A stretch of DNA of 5,945 bases from assembly GCF_006345805.1 (NCBI RefSeq), contig NW_021829568.1, positions 1 to 5,945 on the forward strand. The letters run 5' to 3'. The translations under genes were made by a program, and so were the position numbers. Source of the DNA: Octopus sinensis (taxonomy: Eukaryota). The notes under the pieces were generated by a model, which worked only from the letters and a program-made list of their open reading frames with translations, did no database searches and was not told the origin of the DNA. Shown here piece after piece: positions 1-5,945 of this stretch (within the stretch, counting starts at the first letter, position 1; each line of letters begins with the position of its first letter).

Positions 1-230
1 TATATGTATGTATTTATCTATCCATTTACCTACATATCCACAAACTCAGATACATACGCTCTCTTACACTCCACTCTCTCTCACTTATATATATATATAA
101 ATATGATATGTGTGTCTATGTATTTATGTATGTATGTATGCTTGTATGTATAGATGTATGCATGTTTGTCTCTCTATATGCATGCATGTATGTATGAATG
201 CATGCTTGTACGTATGTATATAAGTATTTA
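1..230. repeat. Degenerate low-complexity (TATG)n/(AT)n tract
   Basis: Repeated tatg/gtat/atat units with interruptions, e.g. tatgtatgtatgtatg near 128-140. Confidence 0.7.
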
Positions 231-284
231 TCGAGCCATTTATCTTCGTACATATCCACAAAACGATCCTCCTTCACAATGTCA

Positions 285-500
285 TTCTATCTCCCCTCTT
301 TCTCTTTCTCTCCTTCTTTTCCACCCCTTCCACTCCTTCCTCTCTTTTCCCATATCTTCACTAATTATCTTACTTTCACGCGACAAAGGCACAAATTCTC
401 TCTCTATCTTTCCTGCTTAGCTGCCATTTTCCCTCCCTCAACGAACGGTTTTATCAACTTCTTCTTCCTACAGTTCTTTTCTTTAGGCATACTCTAGTTA
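285..500. repeat. Pyrimidine-rich (C/T) low-complexity tract
   Basis: Strong C/T bias on the + strand (ctcccctctttctctttctctccttcttttcc...). No clear periodic unit. Confidence 0.55.
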
Positions 501-771
501 TCTCCCCTACCCAGTCTTACCTCTCCATTTTTAGCCACTACGCACTATTAATTCCTCAGTCCCGAGATATATATGCCTATCGTATTCTTTTTCTCGGTAA
601 ATCCAACTCATAAAAAGCGCGCGCGGTCTGTTTTAATTTCTCTCCTATCAATTATGGTTATAATTAAGTGTAAGACAAGGCAGGTGGATCTGCAGAGACA
701 GACTCTCGTAATTTCAAAGAAGAATCTAAATCGGTGATGGAGTACAGGAACTGAAGAAATTATGCCAATCT

Positions 772-811
772 GTGTGGGGTGTGGGTGTGGGTGTATGTGT
801 GTGTGTGTGTA

Positions 812-859
<48 letters not shown>

Positions 860-911
860 ATGTATATATATGTATATGTTATATATAATGTATATATATA
901 TATATAGTATA

Positions 912-958
<47 letters not shown>

Positions 959-1313
959 AGCACACATACAGACATATCTGTATGTATATGTATATATGTA
1001 ATGTAAATATATGCGCGTATAAATGTGTGTGTGTATACATATATAAGTATATGTACTAATATGTATGAATATATATATATATACATCTATATCTATATCT
1101 ATATTTATGTATCTATCTATCTATCTATACACACATACACACACATACACATATATATGCGTTCATACATATTTGTATGTAAGCGTATGAGTGCACATGT
1201 GTGCGTATATACGTAATGGTGTTTGTACATATGAAACGTATATATCTTATATATACAATACACACACACACACACACACACACTATATAATATATATATA
1301 TATATATAATATC

Positions 1314-1346
<33 letters not shown>

Positions 1347-1565
1347 GTGTGTGTGTGTGTGTGTACACATACACGCGCACACATGCACACATATAAATAT
1401 ATACATACACACATATATATACACACACATAAGAGGGTGTACAATATATTATATATAGTTTTATTCTTCGACTGGTTTCACACACACACACCACATACAC
1501 ACACATACACACACATGTCTGCGACAATATTACTATATATTTGTGTATGTAAATATATACATATG
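772..1565. repeat. Compound microsatellite array (GT)n/(AT)n/(AC)n with short ATCT patches
   Basis: Direct reading: (GT)n ~793-810, (AT)n ~815-846, (AT)n ~861-948, (AC)n ~1259-1283, (AT)n ~1284-1345, (GT)n ~1346-1363, plus degenerate AC/AT stretches. Confidence 0.92.
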
Positions 1566-1610
1566 AAAAAAAGAGACGACGATTTACGAATTGATATTTC
1601 TATAGCACTA

Positions 1611-1643
1611 TACAAGGTTGGTGCTGAAAGTTCTTGGCTTTAA
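1611..1643 (+). repeat. Putative left terminal inverted repeat of the mariner element
   Basis: TACAAGGTTGGTGCTGAAAGTTCTTGGCTTTAA resembles TA-CGAGG(G)..CTGAAAAGTT-type mariner termini and lies upstream of the transposase start. The partner TIR is not seen, so the boundary is inferred. Confidence 0.6.
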
Positions 1644-1764
1644 GGTATCACGAAAAGGTAGGGCTGTTACCTTTATAGGGCGGTGGGACAATTATTTAGG
1701 AGAAGATATGTAAAATATTATGATGGTATACAATACATCTTTCTCTTTTTTGCAAATTTGACGC

Positions 1765-2199
1765 ATGGTAGCGGCTCCTGCAGTGAATTTTGCTAAAATT
1801 GAAGCACGGTCGGTCATGAAGTTCTCCTTTTTGCAAGGGAAAGGAGAGGCAGAAATCCATAGCAAGATGAAGGAGATCTTGAAGGATGGCTGTCCATCTT
1901 ACTCCACAGTGAAAATTTGGGTGTCGAGTTTTCGGACTGGACACTTCGAGGTACAGATGAATCCCCGTTAAGGACGGCCAACTTCCGCAATAACAGAGGA
2001 CAAAGCCGACGCTGTGCACGCCATGACTTCTGAGAACAGTCGGATTTCAGCTAAAGCCATAGCTGAGACTCACATGAGTTCCCGCGAAAGTGTTGGCCAC
2101 ATCATCCACAACATTCTGGACATGAGAAAGCTTTCCGCAAAATGGGTGTCGAAATCCCTGAACGCAGGTCAGAAGTGCATCAAGTGGTTGCATGAATGA
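1765..2199 (+). pseudogene. Mariner transposase pseudogene, N-terminal DNA-binding (HTH) region
   Basis: ORFs 1765-1971 and 2014-2199 are in the same frame and read through as ...IEARSVMKFSFLQGKGEAEIHSKMKEILKDGCPSYSTVKIWVSSFRTGHFEVQMNPR*GRPTSAITEDKADAVHAMTSENSRISAKAIAETHMSSRESVGHIIHNILDMRKLSAKWVSKSLNAGQK. Matches mariner motifs: EIH..M...L.D.CPSYSTVK.W...F..G, D.PRSGRP, RIS...IAE, and MRKLSAKWV(P>S) as the degenerate WVPxxL linker. In-frame TAA at 1969-1971. Confidence 0.9.
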
Positions 2200-2288
2200 T
2201 TTCTCGCTATTTTACTGGAGTAATTGTCTTATCTCACACAATGGGTGTATCATGTCATATCAAATCATATGATATCATATAATCACAA

Positions 2289-2373
<85 letters not shown>

Positions 2374-2374
2374 G

Positions 2375-2449
<75 letters not shown>

Positions 2450-2463
2450 GCTATCTATCTATC
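2289..2463. repeat. (ATCT)n tetranucleotide microsatellite, ~43 units
   Basis: Near-perfect ATCT array with two T>G variants at 2374 and 2450. Confidence 0.97.
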
Positions 2464-2464
2464 A

Positions 2465-2980
2465 ATGAATATACATGAATATACATATATACATATATAT
2501 ATTCATATTTACACGCACATATATATACTCATACATATATACATACACACATACACACACGCACACACACATATATAGATATATATATAAACATATATAA
2601 ATATATTTATATGTGCTTATACGTATGTAATACATACATACACACATATAAATATATTTATACACACACGCACACAGACACGCACACAGACACGCACACA
2701 CACACATATATATATACATAAACATAAATATATATATGTATATACATATATACATACACACATATATATATAGATATTTATACATACACGCACACACACG
2801 CGCACGCATGCACACACACACACATATATAAACAAATATATATATATAGACATACATATGTTTATATGTACATTTACGCATGTACATACATAGATACATA
2901 CACACACATATATATATTTATACACACACACACACGCGCACAGACAGACAGACAGACACACACACACACACACACACACT
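2465..2980. repeat. Compound (AC)n/(AT)n/(ACAG)n low-complexity array
   Basis: Interspersed AC and AT dinucleotide runs, (ACAG)n near 2941-2955 and (AC)n ~2956-2978. Confidence 0.85.
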
Positions 2981-3129
2981 CATGAACCAGGCACTCGAAT
3001 GCGTTTCTATACTTATCCGTTGTAAATTGTTTACCAATCAATCGTGTGGCAGGTGCACCATTTTGAGATTCAACATTTCGAAAATTTTCTTCTCTGTTTT
3101 ATTCCTTGTTTAAAGACAAAGATTGACGT

Positions 3130-3212
3130 TCGCGCGCGCGTGTATACACACACACACACATATATATATAAATAAATATGTGTGTGTATATGTATATACA
3201 TTATTTATATAT
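3130..3212. repeat. Short compound repeat (CG)n-(AC)n-(AT)n
   Basis: tcgcgcgcgcgtgtatacacacacacacacatatatatata... Confidence 0.7.
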
Positions 3213-3325
3213 GATCGATACATCGAAAACTTTCGTCGTTGGATGGTGTTTTTATCGTATAGTATTTGAATATATATGTGTTAATATGTGGTTGTATGAG
3301 TAATTCGTGTATACATGTAATGTAT

Positions 3326-3334
3326 ATCTTTCTA

Positions 3335-3399
<65 letters not shown>

Positions 3400-3440
3400 A
3401 TATCTATCTACATACCTCTCTCTCTCTCTCCCTCTATCTA

Positions 3441-3476
<36 letters not shown>

Positions 3477-3543
3477 TCTATCTATGTATCTATCTATCTA
3501 TCTATCTATCTGTCTATCTATCTATCTATCTTTTCTATCTATC
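3326..3543. repeat. Compound (TCTG)n/(TCTA)n/(TC)n microsatellite
   Basis: Two modules, each with (TCTG)4 followed by (TCTA)n, at 3335 and 3441, separated by a (TC)n patch. Confidence 0.93.
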
Positions 3544-3639
3544 CACACATAAGTGTGAGAGTGTATGTGTGTGTGAATAGGTAAGTGCACAGAACAAATA
3601 TTTCCACAGACAGGCTCATCCGCGTAACACAGACACATG

Positions 3640-3646
3640 AAACTCA

Positions 3647-3688
<42 letters not shown>

Positions 3689-3747
3689 GCACACGCACAC
3701 ACACACACACACACCAAACACACACACACACGCACACACACACACAC
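3640..3747. repeat. (AC)n microsatellite with GC interruptions
   Basis: Direct reading of acacacac...acgcacgcacac... Confidence 0.92.
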
Positions 3748-3875
3748 TGTTTTGCAGGCATATACGTTTAGCCCATTATATTATTATTATATTTCTTCAT
3801 GTTTTTCAAATTCTTACCTTAATAAAGTAAACAATTTAATTTAGTTGGATATAATTGCAAAGAATGTTTGCAAAT

Positions 3876-4012
3876 TTGTGTGTATCTGCGAGTATATGTT
3901 TGTGTACTTCTGTGTATCTGTTTTTTTTTTGTGTTTGTGTGCACGCAGGCATGTATGTGTGTGTGTACGTGTACGTGTGTATGTGTGTTTGTGTGTGTAT
4001 TCTTCTATGTGT
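3876..4012. repeat. Degenerate (GT)n-rich tract
   Basis: Frequent gtgt/gtat units with interruptions. Confidence 0.65.
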
Positions 4013-4330
4013 ATGCCTACGTTGCCATTCATCTTCTGTACTCATACAAACAAGGCCGCACGAATGCCCCTCACTTTTAACTCTTCTACTTGTTTCAGTC
4101 ATGTAGCCATGCTGGAGCACCGCCTTTCGTCGAGCAAATCGACCCCAGAACTTATTCTTTGTAAGCCTAGTACTCATTTTATAGGTCTCTTTTGCCGAAC
4201 CGCTAAGTTACGGGGACGTAAACACACCAGCATCGGTTGTCAAGCGATGGTGGGTGGTCAAACACAGACATACATACACACACACATACATATATAAATA
4301 CACACACATATATATATATGTGTATACACG

Positions 4331-4577
4331 CATTGAGTCGAAACAGGGGCAGAAGGGAAATATTCCTTGTGTTGTTTGTCTTGTACTCTGTTTTTTCGTT
4401 GTTAAAAAAAGTCCGTTTCCTTGTTTGATTTTATGTTTTCGTTTCTCGTTGTGTTCTACGTTTATTTGTGGCGTCCTGTACCCATATATGCATGTGTATA
4501 TACTTTTAGATGTAGGTATGTACATATATGTATGTATGTATGCATATGTTTTATTTATTAAATTGTTATATATAATA
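4331..4577 (+). mobile_element. Nested insertion within the SINE's internal microsatellite, possibly a Penelope-like pLTR/3' fragment
   Basis: T-rich non-SINE sequence starting CATTGAGTCGAAACAGGGG and ending ...GTCCTGTACCCATATATGCATG...GATGTAGGTATGTACAT, sitting between the two SINE halves. The Penelope assignment rests on recalled similarity and the CGAAAC motif only. Confidence 0.45.
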
Positions 4578-4663
4578 ATGACGGGCTTCTTTCAGCTTCC
4601 ATCTGCCAAATCCACTCGGCCCGAGGCTATAATAGAAGACACTTGTCCAAGGTGCCACGCAGT

Positions 4664-4717
4664 GGGACTGAACTTGGAATCATGTGGTTCGTAAGCTACC
4701 TACTTACCACACAGCCA
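4664..4717 (-). promoter_or_regulatory. Internal RNA polymerase III promoter of the SINE (A box and B box)
   Basis: A-box-like TGGCTGTGTGG (4717-4707) and B-box-like AGTTCAGTCCC (4674-4664), with tRNA-like spacing of ~43 nt start to start. Confidence 0.7.
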
Positions 4718-4723
4718 CCTCCT

Positions 4724-4726
<3 letters not shown>

Positions 4727-4779
<53 letters not shown>

Positions 4780-4824
4780 ATAACACACACGTGCACACAC
4801 ACGTGCACACACACACACACACAC
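4727..4824. repeat. (AT)25 followed by (AC)n with a repeated acacgtgcac unit
   Basis: Perfect (AT)25 at 4727-4776 abutting the SINE head, then acacacacgtgcacacacacgtgcacacacac... Confidence 0.93.
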
Positions 4825-5052
4825 AGTTGAAACATTCCTGTCACAAACTGGGACCTTGAAAACTGCTTAAATGCAAGAAAGTATTCTAGTACCTTAATAT
4901 TTTATATTCAATATTTCTTCATCTATTCAATAAGACAATCAATACTTCATTTTATTTTACTATATATACTATATATACTAATATTCTATATCCCACATTA
5001 CTATTATAAATATATAAATAAACATATAAAACAGAGTTTGGAATTCCTTTGA

Positions 5053-5054
5053 AT

Positions 5055-5106
<52 letters not shown>
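5053..5106. repeat. (AT)n microsatellite
   Basis: Direct reading, with one interruption. Confidence 0.93.
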
Positions 5107-5109
<3 letters not shown>

Positions 5110-5163
5110 AGAAATATTGAATTTCTAAATCTCTCGTAGAGACATGTACGGTGGTGGGGCGAT

Positions 5164-5581
5164 AGAATGGTTGTATACTGTCAATCTAACAACATTTTCC
5201 CCCTGTGTCCTTATATACATATATGAAGGGGAAACAAACACCCCCGGCCGTCGGAACTGCATCTAGGGACACCGTGTTTCAGGATCATTGTCCTTCATCG
5301 GCCTAGACTAGCAGACACCGGTCGGCTGGTGATATTTGCCTCGACTTCATAATTGTATATATGTAAACTCAGTGAAGTTTATTCACTGATTATCAAAATA
5401 AGAAATAGATGCAGTTCCGACGGACGGGGGTGTTTGTCTCCCCTTCATATATGTATATAAGGACACAGGGAAAAAATGTGTCGAAGCTGTCAGGAGGCGT
5501 TCGATGCCTCCTAGGGCTATACAACGGTGGTGTACCCCCTACTGTCACGTTCTTGTTAGATTGACAGTATACAACCATTCT
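5164..5581. mobile_element. Fold-back element with long inverted arms and a central hammerhead ribozyme (Penelope-like or retrozyme-like non-autonomous element)
   Basis: 5164-5192 is the exact reverse complement of 5553-5581 (29/29). 5193-5265 is the reverse complement of 5406-5478 (69/73). The right arm carries 74 extra nt (5479-5552). The 140-nt spacer 5266-5405 contains the hammerhead core. The inverted repeat is certain; the element class is inferred. Confidence 0.7.
5257..5314 (-). ncRNA. Type I hammerhead ribozyme motif (core variant CCGAUGA), predicted cleavage GUC^C between 5268 and 5267
   Basis: Minus strand: CUGC-UAG-UCUAGG | CCGAUGA | AGGA-CAAUGA-UCCU | GAA | ACA-CGG-UGU | C | CCUAGA-U-GCAG. 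Helix I has 6 bp plus a bulge plus 4 bp. Helix II has 4 bp and a 6-nt loop. Helix III is minimal and near-palindromic. All core positions match except U4>C, and the 10.1-11.1 pair is A-U rather than the usual G-C. Confidence 0.8.
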
Positions 5582-5615
5582 CTCTCTCCCTCTCTCTCTC
5601 TATATATATATATAT
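5579..5615. repeat. (TC)n-(TA)n compound microsatellite
   Basis: tctctctctccctctctctctctatatatatatatat, directly abutting the right arm of the fold-back. Confidence 0.9.
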
Positions 5616-5834
5616 GGAAATGCCAGTGTAGTTATGGAGTAGCACTTTATTTCCAATTTGGAATCATAGATCTCTCACACGTACAAAATTTGTCTCTTTC
5701 CCTCCTTCATAGATTCTCACAAACTGCTTCAATTCTTAAGCATTTCCCCCTTTTTTCCACTCTTCATCTCTCTAACAACTTAATCGGCATTTTTTGTTTC
5801 CCCCTCTTCGCTGTCTCTCCCTCAGGCAAATATT

Positions 5835-5836
5835 TT

Positions 5837-5877
<41 letters not shown>

Positions 5878-5945
5878 TTTTTTCTTTCTTTCTTCTTTCT
5901 TCTTTCTTCTTTCTTTCTTTCTTTCTTTCTTTCTTCTTTCTTTCT
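5835..5945. repeat. (TTTC)n tetranucleotide microsatellite running off the window end
   Basis: Direct reading, with several TTC/TTTTC interruptions. Confidence 0.95.

Larger units (their letters stand above)
1611..2215 (+). mobile_element. Mariner (Tc1/mariner superfamily) DNA transposon, 3'-truncated fossil copy
   Basis: Begins TA+CAAGGTTGGTGCTGAAAGTTCTTGGCTT, a mariner-type TIR after a TA dinucleotide. This is followed by ~125 bp of leader and a transposase N-terminal reading frame. No DD34D catalytic domain or right TIR is visible in the window. Confidence 0.85.
4073..4723 (-). mobile_element. tRNA-derived SINE (Octopus-type), interrupted by an internal microsatellite and a nested insertion
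   Basis: The minus-strand head reads GGAGGTGGCTGTGTGGTAAG...AGTTCAGTCCCACTGCGTGGCACCTTGGACAAGTGTCTT, i.e. A-box-like, B-box-like, then an ACCTTGG(G/A)CAAGT motif like the start of the CORE domain. The head part spans 4580-4723 and the 3' body 4073-~4265, ending in an AAGTAGAAGAGTTAAAAG tail. I recall the two halves as one abundant Octopus repeat. The family name is not verified. Confidence 0.8.

Noticed and set aside
751-760. CTGAAGA, a hammerhead-core-like heptamer
   Set aside because: No helix II, GAAA or helix I partner follows; it runs into GT repeats.
772-792. G-rich GGGG-GGG-GGG run as a possible G-quadruplex
   Set aside because: Only three G-tracts of 3 or more.
154-1643. Multiple ORFs of 63-150 aa in both orientations ([12 protein letters not shown]-rich)
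   Set aside because: Translations of dinucleotide repeats, which lack stop codons in several frames. No protein-like composition.
1696-2019. 107-aa minus-strand ORF
   Set aside because: Antisense shadow of the mariner transposase region.
3211-3240. ATGA-TCGATACATC-GAAAAC...GTC, faintly hammerhead-like
   Set aside because: Lacks the CUG start of the core and convincing helices I and III.
3579-3586. Perfect splice donor AG|GTAAGT
   Set aside because: The upstream sequence is microsatellite with no plausible exon or acceptor. An 8-mer is expected by chance at appreciable frequency.
2224-3830. ORFs with SIYL, CVCV and THTH repeats
   Set aside because: Artefacts of (ATCT)n and (AC)n arrays.
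3836-4694. Overlapping ORFs up to 150 aa across the SINE
   Set aside because: They cross microsatellite, SINE and nested-insertion boundaries, and no domain motif is recognisable.
5148-5156. ACGGTGGTG, also present at 5524-5532
   Set aside because: A 9-nt direct match that does not flank the element symmetrically, so it is not a TSD. Cannot be distinguished from chance.
5393-5578. 61-aa minus-strand ORF in the fold-back arm
   Set aside because: Short, no recognisable motif, and lies in a segment better explained by RNA structure.
5140-5620. Interpretation of the fold-back as a classic DNA-transposon MITE
   Set aside because: No target-site duplication is visible, the termini match no TIR signature I recognise, the arms are asymmetric, and the spacer holds a hammerhead. 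Not excluded, but less parsimonious.
2216-5945. Right TIR of the mariner element (expected ~AAGCCAAGAACTTTCAGCACC)
   Set aside because: Not found by eye anywhere downstream in the window.

Overview
Eukaryotic, AT-rich, non-coding DNA with no credible intact protein-coding gene. About half of the window is simple or compound microsatellite, and almost all ORFs in the supplied track are translations of (AT)n/(AC)n/(ATCT)n tracts. The repeat content resembles what I recall of Octopus/cephalopod genomic DNA, but this is recognition from memory, not a database hit. Supported elements: (1) a decayed, 3'-truncated mariner DNA transposon (left TIR ~1611-1643, transposase N-terminus pseudogene 1765-2199); (2) a tRNA-derived SINE on the minus strand (~4073-4723) with an unrelated ~245-bp segment inserted in its internal microsatellite; (3) the most interesting feature, a ~420-bp fold-back element (5164-5581) with ~100-bp inverted arms. 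Its spacer holds a type I hammerhead ribozyme motif on the minus strand (5314-5257), and the inner edge of the inverted duplication lies 2 nt from the predicted self-cleavage site. This most likely represents a non-autonomous Penelope-like or retrozyme-like retroelement.
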